From Octopus bimaculoides (lineage: Eukaryota): a DNA stretch of 43,463 nt. Location: positions 5,308,635-5,352,097 of the forward strand of contig NC_068990.1 in NCBI RefSeq assembly GCF_001194135.2. The letters run 5' to 3'. The notes under the pieces were generated by a model. The model saw only the letters and a program-made list of their open reading frames with translations, made no database searches and was not told the origin of the DNA. Positions 25,369 through 38,317 of this stretch are shown one piece after another (positions within the stretch are counted from its first letter, which is position 1; the number at the start of each line of letters is the position of its first letter). Position numbers and translations under genes: made by a program.

Positions 25369-25588
25369 TATGAAGTAGTGTTAAACGTTCCTAGCTTTGG
25401 GTAAAAGAAAATACAGGGGGATCAGTTAATTATGATTTTACCCAACATATTCCCCTCTCAGATTCACACACTTATTGCAGCAGCTCCTCCAGTTTTTCCA
25501 AGCCCTGTAAAAGAACTTGGGTGGTTGGGTCTCCAACCAGGCTCTTCATGATACCTTAAAGCCAGGAACTTTTCAGCAGCCTCCCATA
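25369..25588. mobile_element. Mariner-derived MITE (~220 bp)
   Basis: Imperfect TIRs TATGAAGTAGTGTTAAACGTTCCTAGCTT / rc TATGGGAGGCTGCTGAAAAGTTCCTGGCTT, mariner-type, in TA context. Confidence 0.65.
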
Positions 25589-25630
25589 TATATGTATGTA
25601 TATATGCTTGTATATGAGTATATTGGCATG

Positions 25631-25669
<39 letters not shown>

Positions 25670-26347
25670 AAATAATATTTTATAAGCTTAAAACTTATAA
25701 GCAATCACTGTGCATTGTCTAAGGTAAATGGTCTAATATTGAGGCATATAAGCCCTCGAGGAAAAAAGTAGGGTTTGCTATATACATGGGACTATAGGAC
25801 TTGAACCCACATCTCTATGTATATATATACACAGTCCCGTTTTAACAGCTCATATATAGCTGATGTGCAAAATCAATTTAAAAATTAAAAGTTACAGAAA
25901 TGTTAAAATTTAAGTTAGTAATTCTGCTGAATTTCACATTCTTGAAATAACTTTTTTTTTGCTTGTAAAGCAACAGGTTTTCATGTAGAATTGTTGAATT
26001 GTTTTCCTAATTAATTAACATGAAATATTTTAATAAATGAAATTTTAGGGAAAAAAAAACAACAGCAAAAGCAAAACCATTTAAACAACTGCTGAGAATA
26101 ACCTACTTCAAATAGATTTTTCAATTAAGACTTCATGTTGGGATATGGCTGTAAAGTTTTCTAAGTGAATGAACAATAATGTAATAAATGGATACAGTAA
26201 AGAATGAAACAGAAAGAAAAGAAAATAGATAGAGCAGAAAAATCTTTCAAACTATCAGTGGCATTTTGAAATGCAGTCTTATCAACAATCATTCGGATGT
26301 CAGCACTTCACAGTAGTTGGCACGGTATTATAATTTGAAGATAATGT

Positions 26348-26348
26348 A

Positions 26349-26398
<50 letters not shown>

Positions 26399-26420
26399 CA
26401 TCATTATTATTATTATTATC
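26348..26420. repeat. (ATT)n microsatellite
   Basis: Directly visible. Confidence 0.95.
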
Positions 26421-26755
26421 ATGTTTTTTTTATTTTGTTTTTGTTTTCTGTAAAGGTTTCTCTGCTCATCTATCAAATGCATCTTTGGAAATGTAAATTG
26501 GAATAAAAACAAAAGAGAAAAGAGAAAAATAAAAAAAACATACAAACATCTTGGAAATCAATTATTTAAAATCTTAAATCCCTAACCTCAAGCTGGCAAC
26601 ACAAGTTCTATGAGTGCTTAATAGCTTCCCTTGCATTTTTGGTTGTTCAGATATATTTTCTAATAGGAAGTTAAGATAATAGTTATATAACCCTAGGAAG
26701 AATTTTATCAATAAATAATATCTCATCTACACAAACACACATGTACATATACATC

Positions 26756-27047
26756 TACAAGTGTTGGCTGAAAAGTTTAGAGACTGACTATGAAGAAGTA
26801 TGCTAGAGCTGTGAAATCTTGCATTGCATTGCATTAATTCCAACTCTTTGTATTAATAACTGCATTGTTTCTTTCAAACCGAACTGACATTTCACAGTTG
26901 AAAGAAGACTTCAAAAGTAAGTAGTAGCAACTACTCTTGAAAATAAAGAAAATGTGGCATTGTAGTGTTATCTAGTACCTGTTGTAAAAGGGTTTAGCCA
27001 TCAAGGACATTCAAGCCGACACGGTTGCAACATGAGAGGATGATACT
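26756..27047 (+). mobile_element. 5' fragment of the same mariner family as 9361-10615
   Basis: TIR TACAAGTGTTGGCTGAAAAG, then colinear similarity to the reverse complement of 10340-10615 (GCTAGAGCTGTGAAA, ATTAATAACTGCATTGTTTC, GATGATACT). Confidence 0.85.
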
Positions 27048-27399
27048 GTGAATGAAACTTGGACTGTGAATGCAGAAGTTATGAAGATATTGAAGTAAAG
27101 GGTGGAAATAATTAATGTCAGTGTCACTCGTAATGTGACCTAACTTGTGATGTTTTGGTGGGACAGAAGACTAAGTGTGGCTATGTACTATTGATAACCC
27201 CTCAAAACTGCACCAGTGGATTAGAAAAGAATACTATGGTGAGCATCCAGAAAATGGAAAATTTCATCATCAAAGTTTCAAAGAGATAATTCACCATCAG
27301 TCCAAGCATCCTAATAGATAACTAACCATTCCATTTACTAAACTCTGGGTGGAATAAAACTTAGAAATTGAGGTAGGAAAAAAAATAGGCTGATTGATT

Positions 27400-27850
27400 A
27401 GAATATTATCAACAGAACATACCCGTTCACATTTAAGAAAATCTCCTGCAATAATAATAACTTCAAGGTCTGAAGACAAGCATTGCAAATAAAAAGCCAG
27501 AGATGTGATGTGCCATATGAGATATATGGAAGGATATTGCCCCAACTGTAATGTAATGTAAAGATAATACCATAACTTATGTTAGAAGAAACAATCAATA
27601 GTATATGCCAAAGATTAGAGAACATTGGCAGGACTACAATGAAAAGAAGAAACCATTAATATTCTACCTGTTAAAGATAAACATGGCAGTTTGATTCACA
27701 AGACTTTTATACAAGCCAACATGTAGACTAGTTACAGAAGCGATACATACATTACAGTCAGAAACCTGAGTCAACAGAAATTATAAACAAACGATAATAA
27801 ACGATATAATCTTATCATCACCACATTGCAGATATAAAATCAAAAACACT
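27400..27850 (+). mobile_element. Penelope-like GIY-YIG endonuclease remnant
   Basis: Fragments YV...KIREH and TCRLVTEAIHTL...HCRYK resemble the YIG..R..EH and C.LC..E..I...CRH motifs of PLE EN. Confidence 0.4.
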
Positions 27851-28171
27851 TCTATCATCACAACAATCCAACAAATTGACAATAAATACAAAGATGATGG
27901 TTGAAAAAACATCTAGTAATTGATTTCAAATTAATGCAATAAAACAATATTACAATATAAAGTAATCCCATGGACTATTATACATACATGCATATATATT
28001 TATGCATACATGCATACATGTTCGCTTACATACATATTTACACTACTACCCCACCACTACAAGTATGGAACTATTTATTGCTAGGTATTCATGCATTCAT
28101 GAGGGTATGCATGTTGTAAGATACATATATGGATGTATACATAAATGCACACACACACACATACACATATA

Positions 28172-28251
<80 letters not shown>

Positions 28252-28899
28252 TATACTTACATATGTATATACATACAGACACACACTCACACACACATAC
28301 ACACACACACACACACACATATACATATATAGTGACATATATATTTCTACCTTTAGATTGTAAAATTGCAAGTTAACCACCCATATGAATTATAATTTTC
28401 TGTTTTACAGTTTATGAATTCCGCTCAATCACAACTACAGCTCATGCTATTACTATCACCCCATTACCATCACAACCGGCAAGCTACTACCGCCTTCATT
28501 GTCTCTATGCCTACTATTACTCTCACCCCAGCAGGCAGAATAGTAGAAGTGTCATTGAATAGTGAAAGAGGAGGGTCAAAGTGTGACACATTGACACAGA
28601 AATTTGTTTTGGCATTCATTATATTATTATAGATGTGTATGGCTGAAACATAGAATAAAAGAATATATACATATATATGCATTATATATATATTTAAATA
28701 TAAATATATATGTGTGTGTGTGTGTGTGTATACACATAGATGTATACATATATATGTGCATGTATACAGGATGCATAAATACCTTTGCACATGCATCCAT
28801 ACATGCAATATGTGCATATCTGTGACCAAATGTGTATGAATGTCTAGAAGTGCATGAAGATAAATACAGGCAATTATTTTATTAAAAATTGTACATATA

Positions 28900-29060
28900 G
28901 GCACAGGAGTGGCTGTGTGGTAAGTAGCTTGCTTACCAACCACATGGTTCCAGGTTCAGTCCCACTGTGTGGCATTTGGGCAAGGGTCTTCAACTATAGC
29001 CTTGCACCGACCAAAGCCTTGTGAGTGGATTTGGCTGACGGAAACTGAAAGAAGCCCATC

Positions 29061-29119
<59 letters not shown>

Positions 29120-29330
29120 TGTGTTTGTCCCCCCACCATTGCTTGACAACCAATGTTGGTGTGTTCACGTCCCCGTAACTTAGCAGTTCAGCAAAAGAGA
29201 CCAATAGAATAAATGCTAGGCTTACAAAGAATAAGTACTGGGGTCGATTTGGTCGACTAAAGGTGGTGATCCAGCATGGCCACAGTCAAAATGACTGAAA
29301 CAAATAAAAGAATAAAAGAATAAAAGAATA
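28900..29330 (+). mobile_element. Full-length tRNA-derived SINE with internal (GT)n and (AAAAGAAT)n tail
   Basis: A-box TGGCTGTGTGGT, B-box GGTTCAGTCCC, central microsatellite, tandem tail; many partial copies in this window. Confidence 0.9.
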
Positions 29331-29830
29331 TATTCTTTTAGGCTTAGCTTTACACACATTGAATAATACAGTAATTTATCCGAGATATCCTGATGCCTGT
29401 ATGCTTTTGAAATATACACTTGTGTGGTTCAGCATATATATATATATATTAGAAGCTGGGATAATGATGAAATCTCTTGCATAAGATTTCTCTGCATTAT
29501 ATATGCAAGTTGTACCTCAGATTTTTGTTATTAAATATGTGTGCAAAAAGCAATTTTTATACATGAGCAAATATAATATGCATATGTGTGTGTGTGTGTG
29601 TGTGTGTGCGCACGTGTGTGCATGCGTGTGTACATGGGAGGTGTGGATTTATAAAGATATATATTCTGTAGGTACATTTTTATATCTATATTCTCTGAAA
29701 CATAGTTGATACAACTACACACACTCATATTTATACATGATTTCAAATTTTCTAGATACAGACAACAATAGCTTAAATAGTCATTTTAATTAGAAAGTAA
29801 TCCAGTTTCACCAATACCAATATCTTTTAT

Positions 29831-30215
29831 TTTTCACTTGTTTCAGCCATTAGGCTGCAGCTATGCTGGGGCACATTTCGAAGAATTCTTAATTGAACGA
29901 ATCAACCCTACTACTTAATTTTCAAGACTGGTACTTATTCTATCAGTTGCTTTTGCTAAACCCACTAAGCTACAGGAATGTGAACGCATTCCTGCAGCTT
30001 AAGTAGTAGTGGAGGACAAACATAGACCCAAAGACACATACACACATCTATATGACAAGCTTCTTTCAGTGTCTGTATGCTAAATCCATTCACAAGGCTT
30101 TGGTCAGCCTGAGGTTATAGTAGAAAACACTTTCCACAGGTGTCATGCAGTAGGATTGGACCTGGTAACATGTGGTTGTGAAGCAAACTTCTTACCACAC
30201 AGTCACACGTGCACC
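29831..30215 (-). mobile_element. Near full-length tRNA-derived SINE, inverted relative to 28900-29330
   Basis: Reverse-complement colinearity from tail (CTTGTTTCAGCCATT) to head (CTTACCACACAG). Confidence 0.85.
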
Positions 30216-30337
30216 TATTTCTACCACACAAATATGCTTTCACCTATTCTTACCACACAGCCATACATATATATATGGATAGATAGATAGATACATACAT
30301 ACATAGAAATATATATATATATATATAAAATATATAG

Positions 30338-30468
30338 TTTTAGGGAAAATAACCAAGTTTCAAGAACTCATCGATGAAAATCCACTATCACATGTAGAAA
30401 AATTAACAATTAAAAGCACAATAAATGAGTATAATATAAAGCAAAGTAAATATCATAAGATAAATATA
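30338..30468 (+). repeat. Single-arm copy of the 15295-15541 palindrome (arm plus spacer)
   Basis: TTTTAGGGAAAATAACCAA...GTAAATATCATAAGATAAATATA; about 4 substitutions relative to the palindrome arm. Confidence 0.95.
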
Positions 30469-30629
30469 ATAATAATAATAATATATATATATATATATAT
30501 TAATAAACTTATTTATAAACTTCTATACATACATATGCACATATTAATAAACTTCTAGATATAGAAGCTAGAGGTTTTGATGCAGTTGCCCATAATTATC
30601 TTCTTTCTCTATGTTTATAACCAGGTCAG

Positions 30630-31500
30630 TCTTTTTTCTGAATGGCATTGTATATTGTTTCGTGACAACGTCGGGTCACATAGAGAGGTAGTACCTTGAT
30701 GACATTTTTGTGCAGTTGCTAATCATATGTATGATGTTATCGACAGAAATATGACATAATCTACATTTTCAGTTGCATCTTGGAACTCCAAGGGCTTCAT
30801 TGTCTCTTTTGTTCATTATGTATTTAGTAGCACTCTCCTGTTCTTAGATTGCAAATGCATAGCCTTTGATGTGTGATGTAGGACTAACGAGTCCAAGAGA
30901 GACTTCACTTCATGTTAATGTTAGTATCTTTTTCAAATCTATGAGAAACATACCCATGCATGGTCTTTTTGTTTTTGGTATGTTAAGCATTTCACCTCCA
31001 GGTCTTCTTTAATATATACCACTCCAACTGATTTGGAGTTGTATGGGAGGTCATCGGAAAGAGAGTGTTTTCTGTTATTTTTGCTTTTGTTGTTTAGCAA
31101 GTGCTGTCTGAGAGAGATTATATGACATTCGAAGGCTGTCAACACTGATCTTAAGCCCCTATCTCATCTATCTCTACTTAGGTAAAGCCTGTTGATATCA
31201 CTATTTCTGTGAAGATTTGCAGTTGATGTTAGAATCTTGTGGCTTTTAATGCCTATGGAGTGGATTTCTTCAACAGACCAGTCAAGTATCCCAAATATTG
31301 GAATCAGCACTGGCACTGCAAATGCATTGTGGGATATTGTCTTGTTGCAAGAGGAGAGTTCGGACTACCATATTTTTCTTAGTCTGGTGTAATATTCTTG
31401 GGTCCACTCTATCTTTATTCACAGTACTTTTGTGTGATGTATTTTCACCAATGCCTATGTACTTGCAGTATTCTTTGTGTGGGACATTAGAAATAGTGAG
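30630..31500 (-). mobile_element. R4/Dong-like (restriction-like endonuclease clade) non-LTR retrotransposon fragment
   Basis: Minus-strand fragments YCKYIGIGEN, DINRLYLSRDR*DRGL (= DRLYL.R..GGRGL), QESATKYI and HMISNCTKMSSRYY...DVV (CCHC knuckle region). Confidence 0.7.
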
Positions 31501-31501
31501 A

Positions 31502-31865
31502 CCATTTGAGCGTGATCATTGCCAACGTTGCCTGACTGGTTCCTGTGCCGATGGCATGTAAAAAACACCATTCGAGCGTGGTTGTTGCCAGTGCCGCCAG
31601 GCTGGCTCCTATGCAGGTGGCATGTAAAAAGCAGCATTTGAGTGTGGCCAATGCCAGTACCGCCTGACTAGCCCTCGTGCCAGTGACACGTAGGAGCGCC
31701 TACTACACTCTTGGAGTGGTTGGCATTAGGAAGGGCATCCAGCTGTAGAAACTTTGCTAGATCAGATTGTAGCCTGGTGTAGCCTTCTGACTCACCACCC
31801 CTCAGTCAAGCCGTCCAACCCATGCCAGCATGAAAAGTGGACATTAAACGATGATGATGACAATG
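31502..31865 (+). mobile_element. Second copy of composite element (~65-bp GC-rich units plus RTE-type tail)
   Basis: Units at ~31502, 31568, 31633; tail ends ACATTAAACGATGATGATG. Confidence 0.75.
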
Positions 31866-32072
31866 ATTGATGCACATGTTTTGAGTTTCAAAGGACTGAT
31901 TTTCACACATCAACAGTCAAATATGAACATTTCTTTTGGCCAAATTCCATTCAGATGGCAGCTGAAAATGTTATTAACTCCAGCTGTTTTTTTGCATTGT
32001 TGTTGTTGTTGTTGTGTGTGTGTGTGTGTAGATAGATATGGATATATATGTGTGTGTCTGTGTTAATGTGTT

Positions 32073-32114
<42 letters not shown>

Positions 32115-32174
32115 TGTATATATTCATGTGCATATGTATATATGTGTGTGTGTGTATATATATATATATATGTC

Positions 32175-32212
<38 letters not shown>

Positions 32213-33077
32213 TTAACATATATATATATATATATATATTCTTTGTCCAGTCAGACTAAATCAGTTTTGATCATATATAAATACTTCAGTGTATTTTCTC
32301 TCTCAATATTCTAATCTTGTCTCTTGCAGTTAATTTGTCATATTCCGTTGCATCCGATTATTATCTTTTGAATATATTTACATTGTTATTTTGAGACAAA
32401 AGCTTATGGCAATGATCAAAACAATCAAATTGACTTAATGATGTTTTCAATTTGAAACCAAAAGAAATTTATTCAAAAACTTCAACCGCTTATACAAGGG
32501 TCAAGCAATTGACAATAAAATGAATAATGAAGTTGAGTAAATTTTGTCGTTACTGATTGATTTTTTTTTTTTCATATTTATTAAACCATAGGGAAAATTT
32601 ATTCTCTTTTAATCATGATACATATATGTCAATGTGTGTATTTGTGCCTGGATCAATATAAAAGGATTCCTACACACAGACACAATCATACACACATACA
32701 CACACCTGCAAGCATGTACACTCAAATACACACAAATACACACATAAATGGACACAACTTATGTGCATACATTGCTACCCATAAATATGTGTGTGATTGT
32801 GTGTATGTGTGCATATATACATGTTCACACACAGACCCCCACACACACACAAACACTCACACACACACACACACACACATATTGATTACTTTATCCTTAC
32901 AGATGATCGCTGTCTCCTTGTACTTCCTCATTTCCGACTTTCTAGCCATGACCACTCAGATGATCATTCAGTCTGCTTCCAGATCTGTCTGGTCTGAAGA
33001 ATAGGTGACAGACAAAAGTTGTAACTTACTGTGCACATACATACATATATACATACATATGTATATATACATATATG

Positions 33078-33129
<52 letters not shown>

Positions 33130-33464
33130 AACCCCATATTTTATTTATGGTGAGCCACTGATTAGCCCTACCAGTCATTGCATGATGATGGAAATATCAT
33201 AGCAGAGATACAGTCTCTCATGTCAGCTCACAGTACCATCTTGTCTTGTTCCTGAGGCTGGAGAGGAGATAGTCTCTGATATGTATAATGCATCCCAAAA
33301 TGTGGTTAGGTAGCACTGCAAGTTGATTTGTTGTATGTACAGCAATTGGTCAACAGTAAAAAATATGCCTCAAAAAGATTTGAACTGGTAACAAGTTTGT
33401 ATTCATACACATCACTGCTTAGCTCAGTTACATTATATATATATGTATATATATATATGTACTA

Positions 33465-33503
<39 letters not shown>

Positions 33504-34357
33504 ACACACACACACACACATATACACATATATATTTACATGTATGTATGTATGTTGAACTGAATGTTTGAATCTATATTTACTCTTTTATTTAGAATTA
33601 TTCATATTTCTTTATTAATGCTTTATGTTCAGTTTGCAACAATGGCATTCCTGAGTTCATAAGTCCATTAATAGTTCAAGCACTCTGTCTCTTCAACTGA
33701 ACAGAATGAGAATAGTATTGAGCTGTTGTTTACACACTTTGCAATTCATTACAAAGGACCATAGGAATAGTGCTTTAACTAATAAAGTCAAAAGCACCAG
33801 ATTTGAAATTATTCAATGTCTATGTTTTAATAGAATGTCACAGTATATTTTATGTGTGCTGTATCTATGTTAATTTGCTAGGAATAAACCTCTCATAGTT
33901 ACTCTTCTCATTTTGAGACAGTTTTATATAAAATGGTAGGCTGTCAGCATATGAAACTTTGCATCTCATTATAATATACATAAAATGAAATTCGATAGAT
34001 AGTTCCAAACATAAAATATAGTATTGTAATAAATTCAAATTTACAACAAACGATCCAAGCAGTTTTTATTTTCCAGTAGCAAAGTAACAAAATTAGAACT
34101 ACATAGCTTGTAGTCCTTGTATGCTGAATGGTTATGGTCTAGAAGAACTTATTTATAAAGTAATTTCTTCATCCATTAATTACGACTGACTTGAAACTGT
34201 GTAAGATAAAATATGCTGCAGTTATAAAAATGTTATTGCTCTACTCATAATAACAGAACAAATTGGAGATAGAAGTAAAAGTCAGTTGTTGATTCTGGAT
34301 TAGTCAACTGATACTGTTTTTCTTTATATATATATATATATATTTTACATGTTTCAT

Positions 34358-34500
34358 GCATTAGACTTATTCGAACAGTGCATAGCATCCAACCCTGACA
34401 GCAAAGTGTTCTGGAAGTATGTACATTCAAAGCAGGGACCTCACTCTCTAGTTGGTCCCCTTTGCAATCCCCACACAGGCCAGATAACTGACTTTTTTAT
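34358..34500 (+). mobile_element. CR1/L2-type LINE ORF2 fragment
   Basis: SNPDSKVFWKYVHSK...VGPL resembles the N.K.FWKYV.SK linker between endonuclease and RT. Confidence 0.55.
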
Positions 34501-34559
34501 TCTTAGTATTTGTTCAAAGTTACAGGAATGTAAACACACCAACAATGGTTGTCAAGCAG

Positions 34560-35800
34560 TGGTGGGGAACATACACAATAATACTCAAATTATATACCAT
34601 GTGTAGGGAGGATATTCCTTGGGCTAGTAGATAAACACTTCACATGTTCACATGGGTATTTTCAACAGGCACAACCTTAGGGTCTCTTTTAGCTGCACCC
34701 CCAGTATTAAGAGCATTTTAGTTAGCACCCCTAGGTCACAGGAGGGGGCAGGATGCTCATGCAGAGACTACAACAGATGCCCAGTGGGAGGCCATTGCAA
34801 AACTAAGGGAGTCGACTTTGAAGCTGAGGTTCTAGCTACCCTAGTAGTAGCAGCAGCAACATCAGCAGCTTCACCAATGACTGCTACAGTAGTAGGAATG
34901 TCAGCACCAATAGCAGCAGCAGCAGAAGCACAAACAGAATTAGCAGTAGCACAATCGCCAGTGATAACAACATCAACAATAGCAATGGAAGTGTCCCTAG
35001 CAGAAGTAACAGCAGAACCATCAAAAATGATGATTATAACACCAGTGTCAGTACCAACCACCATGATAGCACAGCTCTAACAACACCAATGACGATGGCC
35101 ATAACACCAACAACAGCGCCACCATTGATGATGTCACCTATACCTGTAGTAACCTCAGCAACACCATTGCCACCTACAACAACGCCAAAAACAGCATCAA
35201 CAGCACCAGTACCAACAACAGTGGTAGTAGCAGTGTCAACACCAGCAGATAAAACGTTGCCAACACCTATACACAGAGATACATCAGGTGCTCCAGTAAC
35301 ATATTCAAGTAATGCTTCACTAACCACAGATACTCTTTCAGAATACTAGAAAGGAGATACACTACATCATTAGCCAGCCATGTATGGTGGTTGAAAGATG
35401 AAGGAATTTCACATGTAATATCATGGAGAATCCTAGAATATGCAGGCCCCTATATAAGCAGGACCAAGCGTTGTAGACTGGGCATAGCCAAATGAGCAGA
35501 GGTTTTAAAGGACTCCCTTGACAAAGAGAACATCTTTGACTCCAAATTGGAAGTCTTCAGATCCTGTTTGCATTTCAGCAAATTCCTGCTGGCAGCCTGG
35601 GACCCACACAACAATAGAGTCGATTATGAATAACAACTAAAGAGAGACAATCCCCTGTTGTTGACGTAGATTAATGAAGTCTTTTTCTCCTCCATTTTCT
35701 AGAGAGGCCACTTGCTGCAGAAGCCATGTGCCAACAGGTTTTGGGGTCTGATGATATGCTGTAAAACTAAGTGCTTTGTGGATGCAAAACCCAGGGTAAT
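34560..35800 (+). mobile_element. Penelope-like retroelement 3' fragment (RT C-terminus, GIY-YIG endonuclease, 3' region) with internal low-complexity insert
   Basis: IFNRHNLRVSFSCTPSIKSI, CSCRDYNRCPVGGHCKTKGVDFEAEV, then after the insert YIRCSSNIFK*CFTNHRYSF...TTSLASHVWWLKDEGISHVISWRILEYAGPY...KRCRL, typical of PLE EN domains. Confidence 0.85.
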
Positions 35801-35845
35801 CCCATAGACTGGCTTTATCTCTCTTTATACTATACACACATGCAC

Positions 35846-35887
<42 letters not shown>

Positions 35888-36050
35888 GATGAGCTTCTTT
35901 TAGTTTCCATCTACCAAATCCATTCTTACGGTTTTAGTTGGACTGAGATTATAGTAGAAGATACTTACCCAAGGTGCCATACAATGTGACTGGACCCAAG
36001 ATCATGTGGTTAGGAAGCAAGCTTGTTACCACATTGCCATATCTGCACCT
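35888..36050 (-). mobile_element. tRNA-derived SINE, 5' half
   Basis: Reverse-complement match to head and centre of 28900-29330. Confidence 0.75.
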
Positions 36051-36383
36051 ATATATTGCTTGTGAAAAGGATCTATGTATGTGTTAGATATAATCAATTA
36101 CAAAATAAAATTGCATTACACATTTTAAGGTGAAGGTGAATTACTGTTAAAAGAATCTGTTAAAAAAGTGTTGCAAGTTAGGAAAAAGTTACTGAGTATG
36201 GTGGGAATTAAGTTTAAAAACTCTTCTGTTACTGCAACAGATAGAGCTTCCAAACTGTGAGGTTAATAATTCATTCTACACATTAATATAATTAAATAAT
36301 TCAAACTTGATTCTCATAAAATGCATTTGCCACTCTCTGCAGGTAGCATGTTCCCATGCTGCTGAAAAATTACCATCTAATAT

Positions 36384-36639
36384 TGTGTAAAGGGAAACAT
36401 ACAATGTGTTCCATAGATTAGCACACTAAAGAGAATCTCGTGTGGAAATTATAAAATTAATCAACGATGGTGAGAAACCAATGAAAATGATTCCTGCTGT
36501 AGCCACAAGATAATTAGTGAGAAGTAACTGTGCAAGAAGAATTCTAAGCCTGTGAAATGTATTAAAGTTGTATATTTAGATGACATCTGTTGCAACAAAT
36601 GTGCAAGAGTATTACATGCTATGTACTCAGATTCAATTA
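36384..36639 (+). repeat. 256-bp direct repeat, copy 1
   Basis: Identical to 37074-37329 except CTGTTGC/CTATTGC. Confidence 0.95.
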
Positions 36640-37073
36640 ATAAAATTTATTTAACATTTATGTGTTCTGTGTTAAGGGAGTGTGATGAAAAAAAAAAAAA
36701 GAACAACATAATATACCATTCTAAAATGAAATGGAAGGTCGCTTTAGTATCTTAGACTAACTATGCAATTTTGCTTTATCTATGTTTACAATAATTTATT
36801 TTCAATAAGTAAATCTAAGTAGTGGGTTGATTTGTTTGAGTAAACTCTTGAAGGTGATGCTCCAGCATGGTCACAGTCCAATGGCTGAAACAAGTAAAAA
36901 GTAAAAGAATTTGTTTGTCATAATCATCCTTATTTTGCAGCTGTTTCTTAAATTTTGGTTAATCAACTGAAATATGGAGAAATAAAGAACACTAGAAGTA
37001 AATCTTTACAATTTTTTTTTCTTGTATAGATATAATTTTATTACATATAGAACATCTATGTATATAATGCATA

Positions 37074-37329
37074 TGTGTAAAGGGAAACATACAATGTGTT
37101 CCATAGATTAGCACACTAAAGAGAATCTCGTGTGGAAATTATAAAATTAATCAACGATGGTGAGAAACCAATGAAAATGATTCCTGCTGTAGCCACAAGA
37201 TAATTAGTGAGAAGTAACTGTGCAAGAAGAATTCTAAGCCTGTGAAATGTATTAAAGTTGTATATTTAGATGACATCTATTGCAACAAATGTGCAAGAGT
37301 ATTACATGCTATGTACTCAGATTCAATTA
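37074..37329 (+). repeat. 256-bp direct repeat, copy 2
   Basis: Offset 690 nt from copy 1. Confidence 0.95.
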
Positions 37330-37559
37330 CAAAAGAAAGGCAAAGAAAAAAGAAACCGAAAAGGGAAGAAAGAAAAGAAAGAAAAAACCATCAATGTAGC
37401 TCCAAGTGCTTCAAATGGTCGCAGACCACAAGGTTCAACAGAACCTACTGAAACAAGCCAGTATGCTCACAACATTATCACGAGTGATAGTAAGGCTAAG
37501 GCATTGGAAAAACCAAGCACCCTCATGGGCATCACCTAACACCTTGGTGAGGTGAGCTG

Positions 37560-37690
37560 CTAGGTCAGAATTTTGGTAAACTTAGCATTGGCAATTTACA
37601 AGAAGCCACTTAGCATTGCCACAGTTGAAAGAGTGCTTTGAAAAGATATCTTCACTAAAACCTAACTAAGAAATAAGATGGAATTGAATC
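37560..37690 (+). mobile_element. hAT transposase C-terminal dimerisation-domain remnant
   Basis: ILVNLALAIYKKPLSIATVERVL*...KT*LRNKM resembles L..P.T.AS.ERSFS.L..IK..LR..M. Confidence 0.4.
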
Positions 37691-38317
37691 TACTTCCACG
37701 AATTTTAAGAGTAAAATTGAAATTTTGGGGGGAAAGATTATAATTTTACTTCTTAGTGAAGAAGACATTGGAATTCTTCATATCGTTGAAATTTTAATAT
37801 TTAAAAGAATCAATCTTATTAATTATCACATTAGTAGATAAGAACCAGTCTGCAAGCAATGATTATACATGCATGTATTCACACACACACACACAATATT
37901 TATTTACAACTGTTTTTGAGAATTTTATATGATGTTTTAGGGGAATTAATTATACTCTGATTACTGCAAAATTTCTCACCAGAGGATGAAACCAAGAAGG
38001 TCTTGACGTGTTAATAGATTAATGGATTTAAGGATATTAGTATTCCAAGCTAAATATAAAGAACTAAATATATACGGAAATTTCTTACTTAAAATGTTTA
38101 CACTCAAACACAGTCATAGCTTTAATACATATATGTCTAAAAGAAAAGCAGCTTCCTACATTCACATACACATACATACATACATATGGATATTTGTGTG
38201 TCTGTGTGTGTGTGTGTGTGTGGTATGTGTATACTGACACGCACAGACACAAGGACACGCACACATATGCATGCACACATACTCACACACACACATATAC
38301 ACACATACACATATATA

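Noticed and set aside
28411-28632. Strong acceptor (ttttctgttttacAG) followed by open frames
   Set aside because: Downstream sequence is a decayed CAT/TAC/ACT triplet repeat with no good donor
28900-28975. tRNA gene
   Set aside because: A/B boxes are present but there is no cloverleaf, and it continues into SINE body; it is a SINE head
34652-35349. 142-aa and 86-aa mucin-like ORFs as a host gene
   Set aside because: The N-terminus is Penelope RT/EN sequence and EN motifs resume after the insert; it is part of a broken retroelement
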